A stretch of 64,000 nucleotides of DNA from Candidatus Multivorans sp. (GTDB taxonomy: Bacteria; Acidobacteriota; Thermoanaerobaculia; Multivoradales; Multivoraceae): assembly GCA_965224025.1 (NCBI GenBank), contig OZ245033.1:1408001-1472000 (forward strand), read 5' to 3'. The notes under the pieces were generated by a model that was not told where the DNA came from, did no database searches, and saw only the letters and a program-made list of their open reading frames with translations. Below, piece after piece: positions 18,966 to 29,398 of the stretch. A program made the position numbers and the translations under genes. How positions within the stretch are numbered: position 1 is the stretch's first letter; each line of letters opens with the position of its first letter.

Positions 18966-20165
18966 ATGACCCGTCTCGCCTTCATAGCCGTTCTTTCTGT
19001 ATTGCTCCTAGTCGCCTGCGGAGGCGGCGAACCGGTCGACGAGGCGACCGCCCCGATCAGGATCGGCGCGATCTTCGATCTGACGGGTCCGACTTCGGAT
19101 GTGGGCACGATGTATGCCGAGGCAATTCGCGACTACTACGACTGGCTCAACGAGCGCGGCGGCATCGCCGGCCGCCCGATCGAGTTGCTGTGGAACGACT
19201 ACGGCTACGACGTCGCGAAGGCCGAACAGCTCTATTCCGAGTTCGTCCAGGCCGGGTCGGTGATGTTCATGGGCTGGGGCACCGGCGACACCGAGGCCCT
19301 GCGGGGCCGGATCGCGGCCGACCGGATTCCCTTCATCTCCGCGTCCTTCTCGCACGTGCTGGGCGACCCGGCCGAGGCACCGTACAACTTCCTCGTCGGC
19401 ACCACCTACACTGACCAGTTGATCATCCTGCTCGACTACCTGGTGGACGAGGCGGAAGCCTCGGGAGGCGAGAAGCCGAACGTGGCGCTGATGCATAACG
19501 CGAGTCCGTTCGGTCTCTCACCGTGGAACCAGGGCGGCGAGGAGTACGCGAAGCAGTCGGGGATCGAGATGGCGCCGCACGAGATGGCGCGGGGCAACAC
19601 CGACTTCAGCGCCACGTTGACGCGGATTGCCGAGTCCGGGGCCAACTGGGTCGTGTTCCAGAACACGTCGAACCCGGCGTCTTTGACGCTCAAGAACGCG
19701 CGGGATCTCGGCCTGGACCTGCGCTTCGCCTGTCTGAACTACTGCAGCAACGAGGTGCTGGTGGAACTCGCGGGGGAGGCCGCGGAAGGCGTACTGGGTT
19801 CGGTCATCTACTCGCCGCCTGGTGAGGGCATCGACGGCCTGAACGAGGCGGCCGAATACCTCGCGTCAAAGGGCGGTTCGATCGAGGAGGAGGGCCTGCT
19901 CTACGGCCAGGGTTGGACGGTGGCCGGCTTCGTGACCGAGGCCATCGAGCGCGCCGCCGCGACGGGCGAGATTAGCGGCGAGGCCATCCACGCCGCGTTC
20001 GAGACCTTCGACGGGCTCGAGTCCGGTGGCGTGACGGTCCCGGTCACCTTCACCGGCACCGACCATCGCGGCGTCAAGGGCATGCGGATCTTCGAGGTCC
20101 GGGACGGCAAGTGGCAGCCGGTCACGGAGATGCTGATGGCCGGCGGTCCGGAGGCGGCGGGATAG
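18966..20165 (+). CDS. Liv-type ABC substrate-binding lipoprotein
   Basis: GAGGAG RBS; lipobox LVAC; IRIGAIFDLTGP and GGIAGRPIEL motifs. Confidence 0.9.
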   Translation: MTRLAFIAVLSVLLLVACGGGEPVDEATAPIRIGAIFDLTGPTSDVGTMYAEAIRDYYDWLNERGGIAGRPIELLWNDYGYDVAKAEQLYSEFVQAGSVMFMGWGTGDTEALRGRIAADRIPFISASFSHVLGDPAEAPYNFLVGTTYTDQLIILLDYLVDEAEASGGEKPNVALMHNASPFGLSPWNQGGEEYAKQSGIEMAPHEMARGNTDFSATLTRIAESGANWVVFQNTSNPASLTLKNARDLGLDLRFACLNYCSNEVLVELAGEAAEGVLGSVIYSPPGEGIDGLNEAAEYLASKGGSIEEEGLLYGQGWTVAGFVTEAIERAAATGEISGEAIHAAFETFDGLESGGVTVPVTFTGTDHRGVKGMRIFEVRDGKWQPVTEMLMAGGPEAAG

Positions 20166-20234
20166 AGCACGGGCCGCCCTTGGCGGATGGCGAGCGCCGC
20201 CCGCCCCCGGGGTTGACCGCCTCCAAGTCAAGCC

Positions 20235-21041
<807 letters not shown>

Positions 21042-21060
21042 CAGTCGAGTCGCGGCGTCC

Positions 21061-21107
21061 GGATGCGGGCATCCTGCCCGCATCCGGCGCGAAGCGCCGG
21101 CCTCCGG
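21061..21107 (+). repeat. Partial REP-like element (copy C, hairpins 3-4) between convergent genes
   Basis: GCGGGCATCCTGCCCGCATCCGGCGCGAAGCGCCGGCCTCCGG is identical to 47452-47494. Confidence 0.88.
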
Positions 21108-21136
21108 GAGTTCTGCCGCGCTCCGCCGCGGGACCC

Positions 21137-21910
21137 TCAATCGGCGCCCGGCGGCTCCCGTTCGATCGACTCTTCGATCTCCCTCAGCCTTTCGCTGAGC
21201 TCGCGGCGCGCGTCGGCCGCGAACGGGTTTTCCCGGGCGATGGTGAGGAAGAGATCGTCGGAGTCGTGCCTGAGGTTCTCCTCGATCTTCATCATGTGCC
21301 GGTAGGCGACGGTGCCGAGGGCGGGGTCCGGGACGTGGATCTCCCTTAGCGCCTTCGCCATCCAGTGTGTCAGCCCCTGAATGTAGGCCATCTCGGCGTC
21401 GTGTTCCTCGGCCGTCATTTGGAGCACTTCCAAGCCGAGGTCTGCCTTTAGAAAGCCCCGCAGGGCCGTCACCCGTCGTGGGTCGACCGGGCGGTCCGGA
21501 AGGCAGAGCACGACCTTCAGGCCCCCGATGCCCTCACTGCCGCTCTGGGGGCCGAACATGGGATGGGTGCCGATGAACTCGACCTGCGCCGGAAGCCGGT
21601 GTTCGAGAATCCGGTGCGGTTTGACCTTGACCGAGGCGACATCGACCACCAGGGTGCGTTCGCCGAGGTGCGGAACCACCTGGACGAGCAGGGAATCCAG
21701 TTCCTGAACCGGCACGGCCGGAATGAGGACGTCGCAGCGGGCGCAGGCTTCAAGACTGGCCCACGGTACTCCGCGGTCCGCTGCTTCCGGTTCCAGCTTT
21801 CGGCGGTCCCAGACCCGCACGTCGAAGCGTTCGCCGACGTGGTGGGCAATGAACCGGCCGAAGCTGCCGAAGCCGATGATCCCGATCGTCTTGACCCAGC
21901 AGTCCTGCAC
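21137..21910 (-). CDS. tyrA: Prephenate/arogenate dehydrogenase
   Basis: IGIIGFGSFG, DVASVK, THPMFGP and EEHD...IQGLTH motifs. Confidence 0.88.
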   Translation of the reverse strand: MQDCWVKTIGIIGFGSFGRFIAHHVGERFDVRVWDRRKLEPEAADRGVPWASLEACARCDVLIPAVPVQELDSLLVQVVPHLGERTLVVDVASVKVKPHRILEHRLPAQVEFIGTHPMFGPQSGSEGIGGLKVVLCLPDRPVDPRRVTALRGFLKADLGLEVLQMTAEEHDAEMAYIQGLTHWMAKALREIHVPDPALGTVAYRHMMKIEENLRHDSDDLFLTIARENPFAADARRELSERLREIEESIEREPPGAD

Positions 21911-22005
21911 CGCGCGCGCAGCGTAGCAACCCAGCGCGGCCGGCTTCGGCCGTTCGGCGGTGCTTTCCCCTACAATCGCGGCTTCGTGGGGGGAGGGGAG
22001 CCAGG

Positions 22006-23349
22006 ATGACGTGGAGAGTTGGCGCCTTGCTGTGCGCTGGGATCGGTGCCGCGGTGAGCTATGGTTCAGCGCCCGTGGCCTACGCCGAAGACGAGCGCGC
22101 CAGCCGGGAGCATGTGCTGGGCCTGCTCCGGGAAGTGCCGTTGATCGACGGACACAACGATGTGCCCTGGCAGTACCGCACGCGGGTCGCGAACCACCTC
22201 GACCGGATCGACTTTCGCGATACCTCGGCGCTCGAGCCGCCGATGCATACTGATATCGCGCGCCTTCGCCAGGGGGGAGTCGGCGCTCAGTTCTGGTCGG
22301 TCTACATCCCGACTTCCTTCGGCCGGCCGGGCGCGGCACGCGTCGTGTTCGAGCAGGTCGACCTGACCAAGCGCCTGATCGAGCGGTATCCCGACGACCT
22401 GGAACTCGCGCTGACCGCCGCCGACATCGAGCGGATCCATGCCGCCGGCAAGGTGGCGTCGCTGCTCGGCGCCGAAGGCGGGCACTCGATCGAGTCGTCG
22501 CTGGGCGTGCTGCGCCAGCTCTACGCAACCGGAGTTCGCTACCTGACCCTGACCCACGGCAGCAACACGGCGTGGGCCGACTCGGCGACCGACCGTCCCG
22601 CGCACGGGGGGCTCACGGCCTTCGGACGGCAGGTGGTGCGGGAGATGAATCGCCTGGGGATGCTGGTCGACCTCTCCCACGTGTCGCCGCAGACGATGCA
22701 CCAGGCGCTGGACGAGTCGAAGGCGCCGGTGATCTTCTCCCATTCCTCCGCGTTCGCGGTCACGGCAAGCCCACGCAACGTTCCCGACGACGTGCTGCGG
22801 CGCCTCGCGGAGAACGGTGGCGTCGTGATGGTGACTTTCGTGCCGTCCTTCGTCAACGGCGCCGTGCGGGCGTACTTCCGGCGCATGGACGCGGAGCGCC
22901 TCCGCCTCTCGGGGACGGGCGTGGCGCCGGCCGAACTCCGCCCGCATCTCGAAGCCTGGCGGCGCGAAAACCCCGGGCCGCAGGCTTCGATAGGCGACGT
23001 GGCGGACCACATCGACCACGTCCGGGCTTTGATCGGAACCGCCCATTTGGGCATCGGTTCGGACTTCGACGGCATCCCCACCGTGCCGGTAGGGCTCGAG
23101 GATGCCTCGACGTTCCCCGATCTCCTGGTCGAACTGGTTCGCCGGGGATACAGCGACGAGGAGTTGAAGGACATCGCGGGCCGCAGCTTCCTGCGCGCGA
23201 TGCGCGGCGCGGAGGAGGCCGCACGGCGGCTGCAGGCCTCGGAGTCCGCGGCCGACGACCTGATCGAAGAACTCGATCAAGCAGGTCGATCGCAAGAGGG
23301 GCCAGGCGATACTCCACCGGCTGCGAAAGGAGCTGGCGCCGATGTCTGA
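22006..23349 (+). CDS. Membrane dipeptidase (peptidase M19)
   Basis: IDGHND, EGGH, VDLSH, FSHS and GSDFDG motifs; signal peptide. Confidence 0.95.
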   Translation: MTWRVGALLCAGIGAAVSYGSAPVAYAEDERASREHVLGLLREVPLIDGHNDVPWQYRTRVANHLDRIDFRDTSALEPPMHTDIARLRQGGVGAQFWSVYIPTSFGRPGAARVVFEQVDLTKRLIERYPDDLELALTAADIERIHAAGKVASLLGAEGGHSIESSLGVLRQLYATGVRYLTLTHGSNTAWADSATDRPAHGGLTAFGRQVVREMNRLGMLVDLSHVSPQTMHQALDESKAPVIFSHSSAFAVTASPRNVPDDVLRRLAENGGVVMVTFVPSFVNGAVRAYFRRMDAERLRLSGTGVAPAELRPHLEAWRRENPGPQASIGDVADHIDHVRALIGTAHLGIGSDFDGIPTVPVGLEDASTFPDLLVELVRRGYSDEELKDIAGRSFLRAMRGAEEAARRLQASESAADDLIEELDQAGRSQEGPGDTPPAAKGAGADV

Positions 23350-24208
23350 GCAGTCGAAGTCTCCGGTCACGGCCCGTCACGCTTCGACTGTCCTGTTGCT
23401 GCGGGACAGCGAACGCGGCGTCGAGGTGTTCATGGAGCGCCGGCATATCAAGTCGGACTTCGTCGGCGGCGCCTACGTATTCCCGGGCGGCCGGGTCGAT
23501 CCAGAGGATCAGGTCGACGAGACGCTGTGCCACGGCCTCACCGACCGCGAGGCCAGTGCCCGGCTGTCGCTGGAGGAGGGCGGGCTGACGTTCTACGTCG
23601 CCGCGATCCGCGAGTGCTTCGAGGAGGCCGGCGTGTTGCTCGCCTACGACCCTGACGGACGGTTGCTCGACTTCTCGAAGCCGTCGGTGGAGCAGCAGTA
23701 CGAGGCCCTGCGCGGCGAGCTGAACGCCGGCAAGCTCTCCCTGCTCGATATCGCGGCTCAGGAAGGGCTGACGCTTGCCACCGACCGCATCAGCTACTGG
23801 GCACACTGGATTACGCCGGAGGGGCAGCCCCGGCGCTACGACACCCGCTTCTTCGTCGCCCGGGCGCCGCGGAATCAGACAGCCGGCCACGACGACCACG
23901 AGCTGACGAGTTCGGCCTGGGTGACCGCGCGGGAAGCGCTCGAAAACGGACGGCGCGGGGAGTGGATGATCATCTTCCCCACCATCCGCAATCTGATGAA
24001 GCTGGTCCAGTTCGACACCGCGGACGCGGCGGTCGCCGCGGTCGACGCGCAGAGGGAATTCCCCATCATCCAGCCGCGCGTCCTGCTGGGCAGGACGCCG
24101 GGTGAACCGCCGCGCGCGGTGATTCCGGGTGAGGAAGGCTACGAGGACGCCGCCCCCAGTCCCTCCGTGGCCAATGCCCGCGACTGGAAGCGGGCGTTCA
24201 GCGTTTGA
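23342..24208 (+). CDS. NUDIX hydrolase (NUDT19-like)
   Basis: VFPGG...AAIRECFEEAG and HWITP...RRYDTRFF motifs. Confidence 0.9.
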   Translation: MSEQSKSPVTARHASTVLLLRDSERGVEVFMERRHIKSDFVGGAYVFPGGRVDPEDQVDETLCHGLTDREASARLSLEEGGLTFYVAAIRECFEEAGVLLAYDPDGRLLDFSKPSVEQQYEALRGELNAGKLSLLDIAAQEGLTLATDRISYWAHWITPEGQPRRYDTRFFVARAPRNQTAGHDDHELTSSAWVTAREALENGRRGEWMIIFPTIRNLMKLVQFDTADAAVAAVDAQREFPIIQPRVLLGRTPGEPPRAVIPGEEGYEDAAPSPSVANARDWKRAFSV

Positions 24209-25062
24209 GCCGCCGCCGCCGGATGGACGGTCTCGTGAAGGGCAGGCCGGTGCGGCTGTCCAACCGCGTGTTGCGGGTGACCCAGGACAACCCGGGGATG
24301 TTCACCGGCCCGGGCACGAACACGTACGTTATCGGCGGGGAGAGCGGACCCGTGTTCGTCCTCGACCCGGGCGAGGAGGACGACCGGCACTTCGATGCCG
24401 TTGCCGCGGCAGTTGGCGGACGGCAGGTCGAGGCGGTCCTGATCAGTCACCTGCACCGCGACCACTGGCCCCTGGCGCCCCGTCTCGCCAATCACTACGG
24501 CGCGGCGATCCTCACCTTCAGCGAGCAGCCGCCGTTCGGCGCCGCCGCCCGCCTCGAGGACGGCGAGCGCCTGTCCTCCGGTGGCACGACATTGGTGGCC
24601 CTCCACACGCCCGGCCATGCCAGCGACCACCTCTGCTTCCTGCTTGAAGAGGAGCGAGCGGTGTTCACCGCCGACTTGGTCATGGGCTGGTCGACCTCGA
24701 TCATCGCGCCGCCCGACGGCAACCTGAACCAGTACATGGCCTCCCTCCAACGGCTGATCGAACTCGACCGCGGGTCCGGCATCGAAGTTCTCCACCCCGG
24801 TCACGGCGAATCGATCGAACCGCCCCTCGACCGGATCCGCGAGATCCGCCGCCACCGCCAGCAGCGCACGGAGCAGGCCCTCGATGCGATCGCCGCTGGA
24901 ATAGCCACCATCCCCGAGATGGTCGAACGTATCTACGCCGATGTCGACCGCAAGCTCCACGACGCCGCGGCGTTCTCTCTCCGGGCGCACCTGGATGCCC
25001 TGGTCGAGGAGGGCAAGGTGGTTGAAACGGGGCGGGCCCGGTACCAGCCGGTTGTCGACTAA
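24205..25062 (+). CDS. MBL-fold metallo-hydrolase (LACTB2-like)
   Basis: NPGMFTGPGTNTY, SHLHRDH, TPGHASDH and PGHG motifs. Confidence 0.92.
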   Translation: MSRRRRMDGLVKGRPVRLSNRVLRVTQDNPGMFTGPGTNTYVIGGESGPVFVLDPGEEDDRHFDAVAAAVGGRQVEAVLISHLHRDHWPLAPRLANHYGAAILTFSEQPPFGAAARLEDGERLSSGGTTLVALHTPGHASDHLCFLLEEERAVFTADLVMGWSTSIIAPPDGNLNQYMASLQRLIELDRGSGIEVLHPGHGESIEPPLDRIREIRRHRQQRTEQALDAIAAGIATIPEMVERIYADVDRKLHDAAAFSLRAHLDALVEEGKVVETGRARYQPVVD

Positions 25063-25257
25063 CGCCGCCAAACCTGTCGCAGGCTCCATGTTTGGCCCCA
25101 GCCCCCAACATCACCAGGAGTATGCGTATGCAGGACTCACTCGTAGCGTTCTACGGCGCAAGCGCCCTGGATGCGGGAACATGCTCGCTGTATTGGTGAG
25201 TTGGTGCTATTGTGTTCTGGTGTTGACGTCGGTTACAAACAGTGGAGTGCCCACCCA

Positions 25258-25497
25258 ATGACCCGTCTGACCATTACGCTGGCAGATCAGACGCACCGGG
25301 CCTTGAAGGAAGCAGCCGCCCGGCAAGGCTGCTCTATGGCTGCGATCATCGAAGAGAGTCTGGAGCTGAGGGGCATTCAGCCCTACGAAACCGCACGGGA
25401 ACTCGTACTCAAGGCGCGCGAGAACTCAGGGCTCGACTCTGATCGGGCAATGGCTCTCGCGGTTGAGGAGACAAGCCGTCAACGAGAAGGGAAGTAG
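25258..25497 (+). CDS. Ribbon-helix-helix (CopG-like) putative antitoxin
   Basis: MTRLTITLADQTHRALKEAAARQGCSMAAIIEESL, directly upstream of a PIN gene. Confidence 0.85.
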   Translation: MTRLTITLADQTHRALKEAAARQGCSMAAIIEESLELRGIQPYETARELVLKARENSGLDSDRAMALAVEETSRQREGK

Positions 25498-25500
25498 ACC

Positions 25501-25968
25501 TTGGCGCGCGGACCACGGCCGCGAGAGAGCGGTCGCGGTCCCCTCCAGCGGCGATTGTGCATCGTCGACACGAATGTGGTCGTTTCGGGTCTGATCGACG
25601 GGAACTCGAACGCGCCGCCGGCCAGGATTCTGGACTTCATGATCAGCGGCAGGATCCTGCACCTGATGTCGTCGGCGTTGTTGAGCGAGTACTCAGCCGT
25701 GTTGCGGCGTCCGGCACTTGTCGAACGGCACGGCCTGACGTCCGAAGAGCTCGACCGGTTCCTGACCGAACTGGTGGCAATGGCCGTGTGGAGGAAGCCG
25801 CAAGCGGCCGGAGAGGCCCCCGACGCAGGCGACAACCACCTTTGGGCACTGCTTGCCCACGAACCGAGAGCCCATCTGGTTACCAGCGACCGACTCCTGC
25901 TGCGGACTCCTCCGAGTGGCGCTTCGGTCGTGTCTCCAAGCCACTTCGCTGCCGTCTTCCTGTCCTGA
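25501..25968 (+). CDS. PIN-domain putative toxin
   Basis: IVDTNVVVSG, EY..VL.R, D.GDNH and LVTSD motifs. Confidence 0.88.
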   Translation: MARGPRPRESGRGPLQRRLCIVDTNVVVSGLIDGNSNAPPARILDFMISGRILHLMSSALLSEYSAVLRRPALVERHGLTSEELDRFLTELVAMAVWRKPQAAGEAPDAGDNHLWALLAHEPRAHLVTSDRLLLRTPPSGASVVSPSHFAAVFLS

Positions 25969-26021
25969 GGGAGCCAAGAGGAAGAGTTGGCGTCCTAGCT
26001 CAGCTAGTTGCCGAGGAGAGC

Positions 26022-27293
26022 ATGAGCAGAGAATCTCGATACGGAGAACTGATCCGCGTTGACCGCGCCGGCGGAAGGCCGGAAGTCTTTCAACCGGTGG
26101 CGCTGGCGTCGCGCGTCACAGAAGGAGGTGTCGATGAGGCGAGCCTTCAGAAGCTCTTCTTCGCCCATCCCGAGTGTCTCCCGATAGCGACGATCGATGC
26201 CGCCTACGGCGACCCGGTCCCGGTCTGTCGGGAACTCTCGGCGCCGCCGTCAGGCAGCGTCGATGCGCTCTACATCAACTCTCTGGGTCGACTTACGCTC
26301 TGCGAGTTCAAGCTCTGGCGCAACCCCCAGGCACGGCGCGAAGTGATCGGCCAGATCCTCGACTACGCGACGGTACTTGCTTCATGGGGTTACGAGGACC
26401 TGCAGCGTCAGGTCTCTCTGGCGCTCGGCAGGGAGGGTTCGAACGTCCTATACGAACTGGTGTCTGAGCGCGACCCCCATGTCGTCGAGGCGGAGTTCGT
26501 CGACAACGTCACGCGCTACCTGAGACGAGGCGAGTTCCTGCTCCTGATCGTTGGCGACGGCATCCAGGAGCGTGCCGAGAAGATTGTCGATTTCGTCCAG
26601 AGCCGCAGCGGTCTGCATTTCAATCTGGCCTTGGTGGAGACGGCGCTTTACCGGGATAGCGACGACGGTCTCATCGTTCAGCCGCGTGTTCTGGCCCGGA
26701 CCGAGATCGTTCAGCGGTTTGTCGTGGAGGGCGCAGTTCCAGTCGAGTCCGTGGCGGAGGCAGGCTATGTTCGCGAGAGCGGGGACTCGGACTGGGATAG
26801 GCGAACTGGCGAGTTCTGGCGAGCCGTATTCGGCGGGGACTTCGCCTTCGCTGATCCGGAGTCGGAGCTTGAGAAGGAGGGCTTCCCGAAGAGGGTCAAG
26901 GTCCGCGGTGCCGCCTGGAACGGCGAAGCCTTGCGGTTCGTCTTCTCTCTTTCCGGATTCGGATCAGCCATCAGTTGCTACCTGGTTGCCCGGGCGGGCT
27001 GCACGCGAGAGGAACGGATCTTCGATGAGACGCGGACCGCCGTCGAGGATTTGAGGCGGGAGATGCGGCCGCCGGCGGCCGAGCGGGATCGTTCTTGGGA
27101 CGATTTGGAGGATTGGCGCACTCCTCGTGGCGGTGCTTGCCTCGGCTTTCGAAGAGAGTGCACCCCGTCTCTGTTCGAGAGCAGCGAAGAGAGCGAGGAG
27201 TACCGGGAGGCCGTCGCCTGGATGCGCGACCGCGGGAACCGCCTTGTCAGCGTTCTTCATCCCCGCCTCCGGCGAATGCTCTCCGAGGACTGA
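26022..27293 (+). CDS. PD-(D/E)xK (NucS-like) nuclease domain protein
   Basis: GAGGAG RBS; E..LQ, VDAL...LCEFKLWRNPQARREVIGQILDYA motifs. Confidence 0.75.
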   Translation: MSRESRYGELIRVDRAGGRPEVFQPVALASRVTEGGVDEASLQKLFFAHPECLPIATIDAAYGDPVPVCRELSAPPSGSVDALYINSLGRLTLCEFKLWRNPQARREVIGQILDYATVLASWGYEDLQRQVSLALGREGSNVLYELVSERDPHVVEAEFVDNVTRYLRRGEFLLLIVGDGIQERAEKIVDFVQSRSGLHFNLALVETALYRDSDDGLIVQPRVLARTEIVQRFVVEGAVPVESVAEAGYVRESGDSDWDRRTGEFWRAVFGGDFAFADPESELEKEGFPKRVKVRGAAWNGEALRFVFSLSGFGSAISCYLVARAGCTREERIFDETRTAVEDLRREMRPPAAERDRSWDDLEDWRTPRGGACLGFRRECTPSLFESSEESEEYREAVAWMRDRGNRLVSVLHPRLRRMLSED

Positions 27294-27376
27294 CGCGAGC
27301 CGCCCCGCGCGGCGCAACGCCCTCCAGCCTCGGCGGCAACAACCACCGCCACGTCGCCGCCGACCCAACCCAGCCC

Positions 27377-29398
27377 TCAGCGGCGCCAGGGGGCGCGGAT
27401 CTTGCGGCCTTCGCGGTAGGCGGCGAGCCGTTCGCGGGCTTCTTCGAGGGCCTCGGGGGGGCTGGTTCGTTCCAGGTTCTCGATGAGTCGTTCCTGCCAG
27501 GACGCGGCCTCTTCGAAGTTGCCGGTTCCGGCGTAGGCCATGGCGAGGACGGCGCCGTGGGCCGGTGTATGGGCGCGCTGGAACAACTGCTGGGCGAGAT
27601 TCAGGGCTCTTTCGCCGTCTCGCACCTCGTCGTCCTCGGAGGCGGCGAGGACCTGGACCAGGAGCACGGCGAAGTAGCCGCTGCCGCCCTGGTCGGGAAG
27701 TTCGAGGGTCTGCTCGAGCATGAGCCGCACCTGGGCATCCTCGCCCGCGAGCAGCAGGGCCGTGACCTCCGCTGCCCGGACCTGGCTGTCGGTGGGGTCG
27801 AGTTCCAGGGCGCGGCGCGAAGCCAGGGCGGATTCCTTGAAACGGCCGAGACGACCGAGGGCGGTGCTCAGGTTGACGTAGGCCGCCTTGAGGGTCGGGT
27901 TGGCGATGATCGCCCGCTGGTAGTGGGGGATCGCCTCCTCGTAGCGCTCCTGCTCGGTGCGGATGTTGCCGAGTTCGAAGTGGGCCGCGCTCAGGTGGCC
28001 CGGCTCGCCCCCCGCTTTGATGAGCTGTTCGAAGCGACTAACCGCCGAGGCTGGTCGGCCGAGTTCCTGCTCGATCCGCCCGAGCTGCATCACGATCTCG
28101 CGATTGAGTCCGAAGTCGGCCAGCAACGACTCGAACTCCCGCAACGCGAGTTCGCGGCGGCCTCCGCGCCGGTAGTTGCTCGCCCGATGGAAGCGGAGGT
28201 TGCGGTCGCCCGGCGCCAGTTCGAGGGCCTGGGTCAAGGCTTCGGCGGCCCCGAGATGGTCGCCTGTTTCGCCCCGGCTCCTTGCCAGTTCGACCCAGGC
28301 CGGCCCGAAGGACGGTTCGATCTCGACCGCCCGGCCCAGGCGCTTGGTCGCCGCACGGAACGCTCCTTGCTCGTTGTAGAGCCGGCCGGTGTGGAAGAGC
28401 AGCCCGGCGTCGTCGGGGCTCAGGTTCAGTGCCTCCTGGTACCACATGACGGCCTCGGCGCGCCGGCCCATCTTCTCCAGGGCCGCCGCGAGGGACCGTT
28501 TGGCGGCGGCACTCCGGGGATTGTCCTGGACCGCTTCGCGGAAACGCTGCTCGGCGAGTTCGAATGCGTTCGCCGCCAGGGCGACGCGGCCCAGCAGCAA
28601 TTGAGCGCCGATTCCCGTGGCTGATTCCTTGATCTCCGCCGCGATGGGATCGGCGAAGGCGACAGGCGCCTCGCCGCGGAGTTCCATCGCCGCGCGCGAC
28701 TCGCTGTCGTTGCCGAGTGCGCGCTGGGCGATGCCGATGTGGTAGTGAAGCGAGTTTGCCCGAGGCTGTTCGCGCAACGCTGCCTGGAAGTGCTCGAGCG
28801 CCGCCGCCGGGTCGTCGGTCTCGGTAGCCAGGCGGCCGAGGCCGAAGTGCGCCGCCGCCCTCGCTCCGGGCAGTTCCAGGCCACGCTCATAGTGGGTGCG
28901 CGCTTCTTCGCCTTGTCCCAACTCGAGGTAGACCCGGCCGAGACGGATGACCGTCGCCGGATCGCCCGGTTGGAGCGCGCGGGCCTGCTCGTAGGCGGCG
29001 ACCGCCTCCTCGAGTTGCCCCAGGTGCTCCGCGGCGCTGCCGAGGAGGTAACGCCAACGGAAGTTGCGCGGTTGCAGCTCCGCGGCGTTGGCTAGACAGG
29101 CTCTCGCCGGCGGCAAGAGGTCGTACACGAGGTAGAGCTGACCGGCCTCGCCGAACAGCAATCCCAGTTGATCGGCCTCTTCCGCGGTTGACGCTCCCGC
29201 GGCGAGGGCGTCGTCGAGCAACTTGCGTTGTTCGGCGATCTGAGTGCGCACCGCTTCGTCGACGCCGCGAAGATCGACTTCGGGCACAGGCACGAGCCGG
29301 TCGGTGACCTCGGTTTGCGCGCCAAGACCGGTAGCCGAGAGCGAGAGCGGGAGCACAAGGCCGGCAGTCAGGCGCAGCCAACGAAACGGTTTCATCAT
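27377..29398 (-). CDS. Secreted TPR protein
   Basis: Signal peptide and many canonical TPRs; ATGA-coupled to the upstream gene. Confidence 0.9.
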   Translation of the reverse strand: MMKPFRWLRLTAGLVLPLSLSATGLGAQTEVTDRLVPVPEVDLRGVDEAVRTQIAEQRKLLDDALAAGASTAEEADQLGLLFGEAGQLYLVYDLLPPARACLANAAELQPRNFRWRYLLGSAAEHLGQLEEAVAAYEQARALQPGDPATVIRLGRVYLELGQGEEARTHYERGLELPGARAAAHFGLGRLATETDDPAAALEHFQAALREQPRANSLHYHIGIAQRALGNDSESRAAMELRGEAPVAFADPIAAEIKESATGIGAQLLLGRVALAANAFELAEQRFREAVQDNPRSAAAKRSLAAALEKMGRRAEAVMWYQEALNLSPDDAGLLFHTGRLYNEQGAFRAATKRLGRAVEIEPSFGPAWVELARSRGETGDHLGAAEALTQALELAPGDRNLRFHRASNYRRGGRRELALREFESLLADFGLNREIVMQLGRIEQELGRPASAVSRFEQLIKAGGEPGHLSAAHFELGNIRTEQERYEEAIPHYQRAIIANPTLKAAYVNLSTALGRLGRFKESALASRRALELDPTDSQVRAAEVTALLLAGEDAQVRLMLEQTLELPDQGGSGYFAVLLVQVLAASEDDEVRDGERALNLAQQLFQRAHTPAHGAVLAMAYAGTGNFEEAASWQERLIENLERTSPPEALEEARERLAAYREGRKIRAPWRR

